In this document: positions 13,589-25,442 of the stretch, one piece after another
How positions within the stretch are numbered: position 1 is the first letter of the stretch
Layout: each line of letters starts with the position of its first letter
DNA from: Chloropicon primus
Lineage: Eukaryota
NCBI GenBank assembly: GCA_023205875.1
Contig: CP060756.1
Coordinates: 434,001 to 498,000 of the forward strand
Direction of reading: 5' to 3'
DNA length: 64,000 nt
The notes under the pieces: model-generated
Told to the model about the DNA's origin: nothing
Databases searched by the model: none
Seen by the model: the letters and a program-made list of their open reading frames with translations, nothing else
Position numbers and translations under genes: made by a program

Positions 13589-14162
13589 TTGTTTTTGATG
13601 CTTCGAGTCGATGGGGTCTTTGTGTTTCTTTCCTCCTCGGTCTCGAGGGGCGTGGCGTGAAGGTCGTGTCGTTGTCCCTGAGATGCATTTCTCGTCGTTC
13701 TTTTCTTGCTGACCGGCGCTTTCGGTTTCGTCTTTTCGTTCGTGTGCGCTCTTTCCTTTCCTTTGGGTTCTTCTTCTTCTTCTTCTTTGTTCGGTCATCA
13801 TCAAATTCGTCGCGTGGCTTGGCATCGCCAATAGCCACTGAGGCTTGACGTGAAGAGGGTGCTGTTCCAGCGGTCCGACCGCGTGAAAGGCGTGGACCTG
13901 CACCCAACCGAACCATGGCTCCTGGCGAACCTTTACAATGGGTCGGTCCACATATGGAACTACATGGACCAAACGCTCGTCAAGAGCTTCGAGGTCACAG
14001 ACCTTCCCGTGCGTGCGTCCAAGTTCATCGCGAGAAAGCAGTGGGTCGCGGCCGGCTCGGATGACATGATGGTCCGCGTTTTCAATTACAACACCATGGA
14101 CAAGGTGAGTGGCGTTTGTTTTCTTTTTGGCTTTTGCGTATGTTTTTTCGTACCGACTGACC

Positions 14163-14197
<35 letters not shown>

Positions 14198-16845
14198 TCG
14201 GTCTCGTGTGCGGCCAAACCAACCAACAGGTGAAAGTGTTCGAGGCTCACTCGGATTACATTCGGTCCATTGCCGTCCACCCAACGCAGCCCTTCCTCCT
14301 GACCAGTAGTGACGATATGCTCATCAAGCTGTGGGACTGGGAGCAGGGTTGGGTTTGCACCCAAGTCTTCGAGGGGCACACCCACTACGTCATGCAAGTG
14401 GTTTTCAACCCCAAGGACTCGAACACGTTCGCAAGTGCTTCGTTGGATCACACCGTCAAAGTTTGGTCGACCGGGCAGCAGATGCCGAACTTCACCTTGG
14501 AGGGGCACGACAAGGGGATCAACTGCCTCGAGTACTTCACTGGCGGAGACAAGCCTCACCTGATCACGGGAGGCGACGACAAGAGGGTGAAGATCTGGGA
14601 CTACCAGACCAAGAGCTGCGTGAACACCCTGGAGGGTCATACGCACAACATATCCGCGGTGTGCTTCCACCCGGAGCTCCCTCTGATCGCCACCGGGTCG
14701 GAGGACGGAACCATCAGGCTGTGGCACTCCACCACCTACCGCCTCGAGCAGACCCTGAACTACGGCTTGGAGAGGGTGTGGACCATCTCTTATCTCAAGG
14801 GCACGAACTTGCTTGCGATCGGTTACGACGAAGGTACGGTCCTGATCAAGATCGGAAGGGAGGAGCCCCTCGCTTCCATGGATGCCGGAGGCAAGATCAT
14901 CATGGCGAAGCACAACGAGGTCCAAACCGTCAACCTCAAGTCTCTGTCCGCGGACGCCGAGCTGAACGATGGAGAGAGGGTCTCGTTGGCCACCAAGGAC
15001 CTGGGTAGCTCGGATGTTTACCCTCAGTCCCTCAAGCACAGTCCAAACGGAAGGTTTGTGTCCGTGTGCGGAGACGGGGAATACGTGATCTACACGGCCC
15101 TGGCTTGGCGTAACAAGAGCTTCGGGCAGGGCTTGGAGTTTGTGTGGAGCTATGACTCGTCCATGTACGGAATCAAGGAATCGGCTTCGAGCCTTGCTGT
15201 CTACAAGAACTTCAAGGAGGACAAGAAGATTAGACTGGATTATCACGCAGAAAATATTTACGGGGGAGCTCTGTTGGGAGTCCGCGCGAAGGACTTCATT
15301 TGCTTCTATGACTGGCTGGATGGCTCCGTCATCCGAAGGATTGACGTCGCCGTCAAGCACGTGACCTGGTCTGACAGTGGCGAATCCCTCGCCATCGTCA
15401 CGGACGACACCCTGTACGTTCTCTCTTTTGACCGCAACATGGTGGACGAGTACCTGGAGTCTGGCCAGGAGATTGGCGAGGACGGAATCGAAGATGCTTT
15501 CGAGGTCCTTCACGAGGTGTCCACCAAGGCACAGACGGCAATTTGGGTAGGCGAGTGCTTGATCTACACCGACTCAGCCTGGCACTTGAATTACGTCGTA
15601 GGCGGAGAGATCACGACTCTTTTCCATTTGGACCACCCCATGTATCTTGTCGGGTACCTGAGGACTTTGAACCGGTTGATTCTGGTGGACAGAGACTTCT
15701 CCGTCATTTCCTACAAGTTCTTGCTCTCGATAATCGAGTACAAGACTCTTGTGATCAGAGGGGACCTGCAAGCAGCAGCAAAGGCTCTGCAGTCAATCCC
15801 TGAGGACAGCCACAACAGCATGGCGGAGTTTCTCGAGGCAAAAGGATACGTCGAGGAAGCCTTTTCAGTTGCGACTGATGATAACTACAAGTTCGATCTT
15901 GCCGTCCAACTGGGGAAATTGGACTTTGCAATGTCAATAGCAGAGGTTTTGAATACTCCCCACCGCTGGAAGCAGCTGGGAGAGCTCGCGTTGGCCAACG
16001 GCGACATTCAAGTCGCAGAGGACTGCTACATGAAGGGCAAGGACCTCAGCGGTCTGCTTCTCATCTACACATCTTTGGCCGACAAGGATGGTATGGAGAG
16101 GCTAGTGCCAATGGCAAAGGAAGAGGGGAAGATGAACATAGCTTTCTTGATCCTCTTCCTTTTGGGAAGAACGGACGAGTGCATGGGTTTGCTCAGTGAG
16201 TCGGGAAGACATCCTGAAGCTGCGTTGCTGGCAAGGACCTATATGCCGAGCAAGATGAGTGACGCGGTGAAGCTGTGGAAAGAGGATGTTAGGACAAAGA
16301 ACAAAAGTGCAGCAGAAGCGCTCGCTGATCCTGAAGAGTACGGTAACTTATTCCCAGATCTCGAGATGGCGATCAAAGCGGAAGGTCTTCGCAACCAGAT
16401 GAATGCTCAGAGCATCCCATCCATGTCGTTCTCGCAGTACGAGGGCATCAACATGATCGACCTTCTGGACCAAGTGAAGAACATGTCCGTCAACGACAAT
16501 GGACCCCTTGCGGCGAACGGGGTGGAGCACGCTCACCATCACGAGGAGATGGTCCAGGAGCCTGAGGCTGCCCCAGAGCCAGAGCCGGAGCCAGAGCCGG
16601 AGCCAGAGCCGGAGCCAGAGCCGGAGCCAGAGCCGGAGCCGGAACCAGAGCCGGAACCAGAGCCGGAACCAGAGCCGGAGCCAGAGCCGGAGTCGGAGCC
16701 GGAGCCAGAACTCGAGGAAACTGCAGGTGCAGAAGAAGAGCAAGACATTGCGGACGAGGACCTTGGCATCAACGTGGACGAGGACAACCTTGACGTGGAA
16801 TTGGACGATGATTGGGGACTAGATGTGGAAGATGACGAGGTCTGA
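13440..16845 (+). CDS. COPB2: Coatomer subunit beta'; exons 13440-13442, 13835-14104, 14230-16845
   Basis: Splicing gives [29 protein letters not shown]...[18 protein letters not shown]40 repeats, [16 protein letters not shown] introns at 13443-13834 and 14105-14229. Confidence 0.95.
13541..13585. repeat. (CT)n microsatellite in COPB2 intron 1
   Basis: Pure CT run. Confidence 0.95.
16573..16710 (+). repeat. Coding (CCAGAG/CCGGAG)n repeat encoding (PE)n in the COPB2 tail
   Basis: About 23 Pro-Glu dipeptides. Confidence 0.95.
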
Positions 16846-16904
16846 TAACTTTATTTTCTCTGTAGTCTACAATACATTTACATTGTTTGTTTCGTACATC
16901 ACCA

Positions 16905-18926
16905 TCACGACAAGCCTGGCTCCGTCATGAACGTCGTGGAGGATGGTTGGAAATCTTCTTCCCTGTCGCTCCTCGTCTCGCTCCTGAGGACCGGAGCGGT
17001 CGAGGACAGGGCACTGACGTTGACGTCTATCGAGGAGGCCTCCGAGGGACTTTGCAAATCGATGTACGACGACGGTTTTGTTCGTATCGTCTTGCAAAAC
17101 CGCTTCGGGATGACGATGTCCGTTTTCATGCTCGACACCATCTGATTCTTGAAGTAGGAGGTCCCCAAGCTCGTGTAGTGCCTCTGGGCTATCTTCACGG
17201 ACACTGACTCTCTCGTGTTCATGATCGCGGAGAAGGCCAGCATGGTCGACTGCGGAACTTTTTGATTCCTCAGTCTCTGCATGTTCTTCGCTGACAGCAA
17301 GGCCTTCTTCTCCGTGTCGAGGCTCTTCTGGGAAATCGTTGGGATGAACTCCGCCCCGAGGGGAGGGAGTATGGAAGACTTTCTCTTGGACTTTGGTTTC
17401 GGGAGCGCCGGGAGAAGGCCGCCGTCCTTCTCCTCCTCCTTTTCTGCCTTTGATTCCGATGCCAAGGCCATTGCCGTCGAAGCGATCTTCGAGAGGTGCT
17501 CCTTGTGCCACTCCGTCCTGGGTATGAAGTGCTCCTTTAGCTTGTCCAAGTCCATGGCGTGGATGTGCTTGCTGAGGTCGTCCCTCTCCAGAATCAGGAC
17601 GGAGAGGTTGGTGTGGGCCACGACGGAGACTTGGCTGCACGCGTCGACCCCGAAGAGGCACGCCTCCCCCACGATGTTCCCGCTGGTGACGATGCCAATC
17701 TCGAACTGCCTGCTCAGAAACCGGTTGCTGAACGCTTTTCTCTTCACTTGGGATGGCCCCCTTGACCCCATTCTCTGGTACCGGTGCGGAGAGAAGGTGT
17801 CCGACCTCACGCTGTACTTCCTGGATCTCGACTTTTGCATGAACTCCTGGTGCATGCTTTCGGGTATCCTTTGCAGCAGCTTGCATTCCCCAGAGATGAT
17901 GAAGTAGACGCCGTCCGGCCTCTCCCCCTCCCTGATGATCACGGTCCCCTTCAGGATGTCGTCCCTCCTCATGGAGTAAGCGAGGCCTTTGATGTCCGAG
18001 TGCCGGATCACCTCCTTCATCACCGGCGTTTTTCCCAGGATCGAAATCTTTTGGGCCAGCGTCCCATCGAAGCCCCTCTCCAAGATCCTCTCGTACTCGG
18101 TCTTCTCCAGGCACACGAGGTGGGTGGTCTCCCTCGACATCAACACGCAGTCCAGCGGGGTGTTCGCCCCCAAGATGGAGTTGCTCCCGAAGCAGCTGTC
18201 CTTCTCCAGGTCGATGATCTGCTCGCTCTCGTTCTGCGTGGACGTCCTCCAGTGCGAGGACTTGATCTTGCTACCCCCGGACAAGATGGACTCCATGATC
18301 TCCATGAACTCCTCCAAGTCAATCGTTCCAGAGAAATCGTCGTCGTACTCCGCCAGCAGGTCGTGGATCTGCTCCAGGGAAACGTTCATCCCAATCATCC
18401 CGAACGCGTCGCACATCTCCTCCGCGTCGATGGCGCCGCTGTGGTCCGTGTCCACCATCTTGAACAGGGACTCCACCTCCGCCTTGCCTAGCTTGTTCTT
18501 GTTCTTCTTCCCCGATACCTTCTGGGACGTCGTGATGGGGTGCCTCTCCGGGAAGTTGGTCCTCAGCTCGACGCTGCCGGACAGAACCCAATAGAAGCAG
18601 TGGGCCCAGCCCAGGAACTCGTTTATCTTGAGGTTCCCGTACTTGTCCAAGACTTTGATCTTCAGGACCCTGCACAGGTCTCGGTGGACGCCTGGTGCGT
18701 GGGACGCCAGGAACTCCACGTGGCTCGTGCCGTTCATCAAGAAGCTTATCTCCTGCTCGGTCCTCTGCTGGGGCCTCTTCCTAAGGATTTTCGAGTACCT
18801 CGAAAGCGAAGAGGTCTTCTCGACCTTGCCCGCGAGACTCTCCAGGAGCTGGCTCGCCGCGCCAGACGTCCCAAGCTTCCTTGGGACCGCCTCTGGTGCA
18901 TCCGGTGCGGCGGCAGAGACGACCAT
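16905..18926 (-). CDS. Cyclic-nucleotide-binding domain protein with an EF-hand pair
   Basis: EF hands DTDHSGAIDAEE and DDDFSGTIDLEE. cNMP-like IIREGERPDGVYFIISGEC...GNIVGEA. Confidence 0.85.
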   Translation of the reverse strand: MVVSAAAPDAPEAVPRKLGTSGAASQLLESLAGKVEKTSSLSRYSKILRKRPQQRTEQEISFLMNGTSHVEFLASHAPGVHRDLCRVLKIKVLDKYGNLKINEFLGWAHCFYWVLSGSVELRTNFPERHPITTSQKVSGKKNKNKLGKAEVESLFKMVDTDHSGAIDAEEMCDAFGMIGMNVSLEQIHDLLAEYDDDFSGTIDLEEFMEIMESILSGGSKIKSSHWRTSTQNESEQIIDLEKDSCFGSNSILGANTPLDCVLMSRETTHLVCLEKTEYERILERGFDGTLAQKISILGKTPVMKEVIRHSDIKGLAYSMRRDDILKGTVIIREGERPDGVYFIISGECKLLQRIPESMHQEFMQKSRSRKYSVRSDTFSPHRYQRMGSRGPSQVKRKAFSNRFLSRQFEIGIVTSGNIVGEACLFGVDACSQVSVVAHTNLSVLILERDDLSKHIHAMDLDKLKEHFIPRTEWHKEHLSKIASTAMALASESKAEKEEEKDGGLLPALPKPKSKRKSSILPPLGAEFIPTISQKSLDTEKKALLSAKNMQRLRNQKVPQSTMLAFSAIMNTRESVSVKIAQRHYTSLGTSYFKNQMVSSMKTDIVIPKRFCKTIRTKPSSYIDLQSPSEASSIDVNVSALSSTAPVLRSETRSDREEDFQPSSTTFMTEPGLS

Positions 18927-19750
18927 GGTGTGCTCAGAGTGAGGAGTGAGAAGTTCTCAGTCCATCTTGTTCTTGTTCTTGTTCTTGTACATTCCCAAAG
19001 CCAAGCCAAGCCAAGACAAGACAAGCCAAGGGGATTCCTCCTCAGTCAAGTCAAAGAGAGCGAGGAAGAGGTGGCTAGGTTTTTCGGTGAGTGTGAATCC
19101 AGGTCAAAGGTTGCGTCTTGTTGACGATGGATGCGGCCCGAGAGACAGTAGCACTAGCGTACGCCACCGCCGACGAGTCCAGCTCTTGCCTGCAGAGAGA
19201 GAGAGAGATAGAGAGAGAGGATTCTTCTTCTCTTGGTCAATTCGGCGAGAGAGGAGGAGAGAGGAAGGAGGAGAGAGGGAGAGGAGAGGTGGATTGTGAT
19301 TGTCCCAAAGGCAGGCATGGCGATGACGAGAGCTCTTGTATTCTAGGCTTTGGGAGTGAGTATCGGCGCGTTACCTCGCCTCACTGCCCTTCCCACTGTC
19401 CTTCTCTTCGTTTACAAGCGCGGGCAAAGCGAGGAGGAGAGTCGACTCCGAGAAAGGTGGGGGTATAATACATGGTGTGTGTGTGTTTACTATGTATACA
19501 CTTTCGTGTTCCTTGACTTTATAGCCCTTCTCAACAGTTTTGTTCCCCCACACTTCTCTTAGTTTACAAAAAACACTGGTTTGCGCCGTACAAGCAAGCA
19601 AGCAAGAGCGCCGGAGTTCTCCTCTCGACCCGCGGTAGCAATAGAGTTTTCTTGAGGTGCTTGTTTTCTTGAGGTGCTTGAAAAAAGAAAAAAGGCTTGC
19701 TCTCCAAAATCTGAAACGTGAAAAAACGAATTCTTTCTTGGTGGTCACCC

Positions 19751-20485
19751 TCACGCGTTCTTGGCCGGCAGGACCGCCTGCACCAGCTGCTGGTTCACCT
19801 GCGCCGGAAGCGGCGGCATCTGCTTCATGATGCCCCCCGTGTTCGTCATGACCCCCTGGGCCTTGATCAGGTTCTCCCTGAACTTCAGAAGAAGGTCTGG
19901 GGCAAGAAGAGAAGAGAAGGGAGAGAGGAGAGGGAAGGCTCAGCATCGTCAGTCTCGGCGGGTTGGACGACGACGACAATGATGTTGAGAACTGTGACAC
20001 GTTGATGCGTCGTCCTCGTCGGACGGATGCGTCCTCGTCGGATGCCCCGTGACGCCCGTGCGGGGGAAAGGAGGGCGGTTGGAAGCCTTACCTGTGTTCT
20101 CGCGAACCTTGTTGTGCATCATGTTCTGCTGTATCTGCTTGATGACGACTATGTTCCGGTCCAGGACCTCCGTAATGGAGGCGTACAGCTGGTTAGCCTT
20201 CTCGCCGACCGGGCTCTGCTGCCTCTGCCACGACGCGGCCCCCGCGGCCTTGTCCGCCTTGTCCTGCTTCCTCTTCCCCGCGGACTCGCTCCCCTTCTTC
20301 TTCTTCTTCTCCTCCCTCTTGCTAAGCCACTTGACGCGAAGCGCGACGTCCCTCACGCTCTTTTGCGGCAGCAGCCCACTTATCTTGATGTACCGACCAA
20401 GAGGCGAAAACTTCTCCGAGGGGAACTTCTTCAGCGCCAGGTCGAGCTGGTGCTGCTCCTCCTCGTTCCACTTGGTCAACTCCAT
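19751..20485 (-). CDS. Myb/SANT-like DUF3755-family protein; exons 20485-20092 and 19896-19751
   Basis: WNEEEQHQLDLAL...KSVRDVALRVKWL. The spliced C-terminus ENT-DLLLKFRENL...MKQMPPLPAQVN is typical of DUF3755. Confidence 0.85.
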
Positions 20486-21266
20486 GTTCGTCGTCCTCGT
20501 CCTCGTCGTTGTCGTCGTTGTCGTCGTCGTCGTGTCACAAGGAAGGAAGGAAGGAAGGAAGGAACCACAACTGTTGCTCGTCGCCGTTGCTCGTCGGTTG
20601 AGTGCGTCCTCGCCAGCAGGAAAGGGGAAAAATACAACAGAAATATCTCTCAAGTGTACAAAACCCTCTTTTGTAAAACGGAGAAAGGAGGAAGAGGGGG
20701 ACGAAATCCACCGAGGACTTCTACGAAAATATTTAGAACGCAATTTCTACAACAGAAATTTTGCGCGGGAAAAAACTGGAAATGGATAAGGAGAGGACCA
20801 CTTGAGTTGAATGGGGCCGAGACGAGAAGAGGAGTCCATTGTCCGTTCGTCTGTCCCCCCCCCCCATCGTCGTCCCAACTCCGTTCCATCGCAAGGACGC
20901 CTTCCTTGCTTCCCTTCTCCCTCTTCTCTTCTCTCTCTTCTCTGTCTCTCTTGTCCGGTTGGGAAGCGAGCAGTGCCGAGCCGAGCACGAGCCGAGCCGA
21001 GTCCAAAGGTCGGTTCCGGTCCGGTCTTTCTGTCTTTCTGTCTGCCTTCCCCACCCCTGGTCCTGGATTCTCTCTCTTCGCTCATCACCGGGATCGCAAC
21101 CCTGCCGCTGCAGGGCGACGAGGACGGCGGGGATGGAACAACGGCGTCTGAAGGCCCCCCTCGACATCGCCCTTCCCGTCCCGTCCTCTGTCGTTCTCCC
21201 TCTTCTTGAAGGGACACCACCCACCCAATCCATGGATCCACCCATTCGACGCGACGCTACGCTTCA

Positions 21267-21417
21267 TACCTGTTAGTTTTCTGCAACAATCGTTTTACCG
21301 AGTTTGTAAGTTTCTCGGCAGGGTAATTCAGCCCTACCACGACAATTCCACCGTACATGAACGAACACTTCCGCCCACTTAGCGCACGGCAGCCCGTACT
21401 AACAAACGCATGTGCAA
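21267..21417 (-). ncRNA. Stand-alone copy of the putative Fanzor omegaRNA scaffold / element 3' end (no nuclease ORF)
   Basis: Manual alignment to 46939-47084 shows 8 substitutions plus one 5-nt indel. Same orientation and same 3' boundary (...AACTAACAGGTA). Confidence 0.75.
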
Positions 21418-21877
21418 GACAAGAAAACTCCACCGTACATGAACACAGACAAGAAAACTCTCTCTCTCTTTCTCTCCCTTCGAACTACTTTCCTTATCAT
21501 CAGAGTCAGAGTCTTTTACACCCCTCGTGTGCCTTACACTCCTCCTCCTCCTCCCCCTCCTCCTCCCAACGAGAACTGACACCTCACAGTTGGGCTGCTG
21601 GTGGTGGCTCCGTGACTCAACCCGCTGAACTCTTACCAGCCTCAAAGGCACCACCTTTGGGCGCAGAACGGCTCCACCTTCATCACTGCCCGCCTCCTTC
21701 CTCCTCCCTCGACTTCGTCAAGTAAGGAGCAAGCCAAAGGATTGCAAAGACGACGGCGACGGCGACGGCGAGCACCCCATTTTCATTCGGTTCGGTTTCT
21801 GGGAGACAACAACATACAATCCATTCCATTCCATTCCATTGCGTTGTAGACAAAAAGAGACGACGACGACGACGACG

Positions 21878-22006
21878 ATGGACTGGTACTACCCCGTCAT
21901 CAGTGCGGCCCTGGTGTTGCTCTCGGGCCTCTTCAGCGGCCTCACGCTAGGTGAGTCCACCAGGCACTCATTTCCTTTCAAGCTTTTTCACTGACTGACC
22001 CCACCA

Positions 22007-22041
<35 letters not shown>

Positions 22042-23701
22042 TCTTTCTCAACAAGGTCTGCTGTCACTGGACACGACCAACCTGGAGGTCCTGCAGGAGG
22101 CCGGCGACGAGACCGAGCAGAAGTACGCCAAGGTGATCAGGCCCCTGAGGAAGACGGGGAACCTGCTGCTGTGCACCCTCCTGCTGGGAAACACGCTCGT
22201 GAATACCCTGCTGAGTATCATGCTCGCCAGCATCTTGAACTCCTGGCAGGGCTTCGTGTCTTCCACGTTCCTGATCCTGATCTTCGGGGAGATCATCCCG
22301 CAGGCAACCTGCTCCAAGTACGGCCTCATGGTCGGCGCGCGCACCATCTACCTGACAAAGTTCTTCATGGCAATCCTCCTGCCTTTGACGTACCCCATCT
22401 CGTGGGGACTGGACAGGCTCCTCGGCCAGGAGATCGGCATCCTTTACAACAGGTCCGAGCTCAAGAGGCTCATCGAGATCCACGTGCAGAACCAGGACGT
22501 GTCGGAGCAGGGGGGGATGCTCGACGCCGAGGACCAGGTCATGCTCACCGGAGTGCTGGACTACAAGCAGAAGGTCGTGAACGACGTGATGACCAAGCTG
22601 GAGAAGGTCTTCATGATCGACGTGCAGACGAGGCTGAGCTTCGAGACCATCTTGGACATCTACAAGTCCGGTTACACGAGAATTCCGGTGTACGAGAAAT
22701 CGAGGGACAACGTCGTGGGGATCTTGTACGCCAAGGACCTCATCCTGGTCGACCCGAGCGACGAGGTTGAGGTCAGGACGATCTTGGCTTTCCACGAGAA
22801 GAAGGTCATCAAGGTCCTGGACACCACGCCCCTGAACATCGTTTTCAGGATGTTCAAAACCTCCTTCGTGCATCTCCTCGTCGCCGTGCACCTGGACGAG
22901 AACAAGGACATGTGGATCCAGAACGTCGACAAGATGAACCACACGCTTCAGTGCCCTCAGAGGGTCGTGGGGATCATCACCCTGGAGGACGTCCTCGAGG
23001 AGGTGATCAAGGCCGAGATCGTGGACGAGTCCGACAGGTTCACGGACAACCTGCAGAACACCTTGGTGCCAAGCAAGAGAAGGAAAGGGATGCAGAGGTA
23101 CCTCGAGCTCTTCAGCTACAGGTCAAATGTGGGGGTCCAGCTGTCCGAGAACGAGAGGGACGCCGTCAGACTGTTTTTGGTGGAGTGCTGCCCAGACTTT
23201 GCGACCTTCAGCAAGTCCAGCAGGGCGCTCTTGAAGTACATCGAAGACTCTCAGGTCGTCGAGATGACCGAGGAGCAGTTGCAAGGTCACGGGGACCTTG
23301 GCTACTGTCTTTTCACCAAGGGAGCGCCGTCGGACGAGGTCATGATCATGCTGGCGGGAACCGTGGAGGTGACCAGCGGAAAGGAGAGCTTCAAGACGTC
23401 GCTCGGCCCGTGGTCGATACTCGGGTCCAACATGCTGAGCTCCATTCGATCGAAAACGTACATCACGGACTTCACCGCTTATGTCAAGTCCGATTACTGC
23501 AGAATCCTGAAGCTCAACAGGACAAAGTACTACATGCTGCTGGACAAGGAGAAGGAGAGCGACAGGAACCTCACCTTGTCCCAGCTCCAGGAGCGAGGCA
23601 TTCCAGAGGGGGAAGCGCCGGATGAGTCCGATATGGAGGACGTTCAGGTGGACCTGTTTCGACGAAGCAGTTCGGAAAGGGAGGAGAACGACAGGCTTTG
23701 A
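21878..23701 (+). CDS. CNNM/DUF21-CBS metal transporter; intron 21951-22055
   Basis: LVLLSGLFSGLTL/GLLSLD, LLCTLLLGN, FGEIIPQA, SGYTRIPVY, GIITLEDVLEE, C-terminal cNMP-like domain. Confidence 0.92.
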
Positions 23702-23768
23702 GCCACACTGTATATGATGAAGAATCGCGGCGGGAATTCTTAACACACGAACAAACATTGTATCAAAA

Positions 23769-25286
23769 CTAGTTTACCAGCTCCGGACCCTTGGGCCCAC
23801 CCGCGCGTGTCTTGAGTGAGGGATGGGTGTGTGTTTTGCTCTCGTACGACTTGTCCAGCTCCAGCATGAGCTTGACGTTCGATGCCACGAACACAACGCT
23901 CGAAAGGAAGAGAGGGAACAGGGCCGACTCCATCTTCTCGAACTCGTACAGGTATGCCCAGAACAGCCAATTTAGCTGCGACAGGACCCACAGGAAGACC
24001 GCAAGCTTCAAGGCCTTGCGGACCGCAACTGCGGACTTTGGTGACAGGATTGACGGAAAGACCAAGGGCAGGAGGACGAGGTACCAAGCGAAATACTGCG
24101 CCGTGACGACCTTGTTCAGTGCCACGAAAGATAGAGTGACCATGAACAAGGAATACGGCAAGGATGACGCCTTGATCAGCCCGTAGTACGCCAGGCACAG
24201 CACTTGGGGCAGAAATGCCGCGAGGCCCAAGACCTTCCTGGCTCCGTCATTTGTAACGACCCTGAAGATGAAGAACCACGGCGAGAAGTTGTGGGCAAGG
24301 TCGTACCTGCCAAAGTGGTACAGAATTGCCTCGTCCAAGTACCTCTGCCCCTCGGCGAGGTAAAAGGCCAAGCACAGAGCCGCGAACGTGAAGGCCGAGG
24401 AGAGGGCGAAAGCTGCTTTGCTTTCGTTCAACGAGACCAAGTCCCGGAACCCGTTTTGTACGGTGAAGATGCTCCTTGATGGTCGGCCCAAGTGAACCAG
24501 CAGCGGAAGCACGTAAATGATGGGAAATATCCTGATGTGCACCGCGAGCCCGTACCAAAACCCGGCCGCGGCGTGCTTCCTGCGCTCCAACAGAAGCAGC
24601 ATGAAAACGATGCACAGGCTGCTTATGGAGTCCGAGCTCCCTCTGCTGGATATCGTCGCAGTGTACGGATTGAAGAGCCACAGACCCAAGGCCCACAGCA
24701 CCACAGAGTTCTGACTTGGGTTGCCAGCACCACCCTCAACGACAGAGCGCCCTTCTCTGCCAGGGGACCTGCTGCTTTGCGCCTCGCCGCGAAGCAGCTT
24801 GAGGTGAACGATCGCTATCATCACGTCCGCGTTCGAGAACAGGACCTTCCCAAACGCCTTGAAAAGCACGTGGTTCGGCACGAGCAGGTGCGCTATGAGC
24901 GGAGTGTATCGATACGTTTCCCTGTCGAAGGGACTCCGGCCTCTGAGAACATGGAGAGCCGCGTCGGTGTACACCTCGTAGTCAATGTCCGTGTACTTCA
25001 CCTTGAAGTACGCGTCCTGGAAGAAGGCGAAGAGCACGAGAACGAGGCGAGCGACGAGGCCGAGGAATATCAACCGCTTCGCGTCGGATCCTGAAAACCT
25101 GAACGCTTTCCACATCATCATCATCATCTTCCTCGAAGCACTTCGCAGGAAACCGCAAGTGACGAGTCGGGCTACCCAGCGACAACACGAGCAGCAGCAC
25201 GAGCAGCAGCACTCGCCGTCGTCGCCCTCCGCCTCCCCCTTCTTCTCCCCCGGACCGACGCGCCCTTTTCCTCCAGCGACCGCCAT
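23769..25286 (-). CDS. PIGM: GPI mannosyltransferase I (start uncertain)
   Basis: VKYTDIDYEVYTDAA, TYRYTP, ISSRGSSDS, HNFSPWF, NKVVTAQYFAWY. Confidence 0.93.
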   Translation of the reverse strand: MAVAGGKGRVGPGEKKGEAEGDDGECCCSCCCSCCRWVARLVTCGFLRSASRKMMMMMWKAFRFSGSDAKRLIFLGLVARLVLVLFAFFQDAYFKVKYTDIDYEVYTDAALHVLRGRSPFDRETYRYTPLIAHLLVPNHVLFKAFGKVLFSNADVMIAIVHLKLLRGEAQSSRSPGREGRSVVEGGAGNPSQNSVVLWALGLWLFNPYTATISSRGSSDSISSLCIVFMLLLLERRKHAAAGFWYGLAVHIRIFPIIYVLPLLVHLGRPSRSIFTVQNGFRDLVSLNESKAAFALSSAFTFAALCLAFYLAEGQRYLDEAILYHFGRYDLAHNFSPWFFIFRVVTNDGARKVLGLAAFLPQVLCLAYYGLIKASSLPYSLFMVTLSFVALNKVVTAQYFAWYLVLLPLVFPSILSPKSAVAVRKALKLAVFLWVLSQLNWLFWAYLYEFEKMESALFPLFLSSVVFVASNVKLMLELDKSYESKTHTHPSLKTRAGGPKGPELVN

Positions 25287-25442
25287 CTTCTCCGAGCTGT
25301 CAGCTGAAACCGAAATCGAATTGAAACCGCCGAGGAACAAAACATCGAGGGGCCCGAGGGCCGCACGCATGATTGGTGATGGACACGGCAGAGTTTAAGG
25401 ATAGATACTTAATTAGACACTTGAGTCGAGTTTTTGGTCACG

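Noticed and set aside
13016..14284. N-terminal half of the 807-aa ORF joined to cysteine synthase
   Set aside because: It is read-through across microsatellites and antisense COPB2; the real start is about 13015.
21245..21266. In-window targets for the two putative guides
   Set aside because: No match to either guide was spotted by eye elsewhere in the window; a computational search is needed.
21417..21460. CRISPR array
   Set aside because: Only two 14-bp repeats, no cas genes, eukaryotic context.
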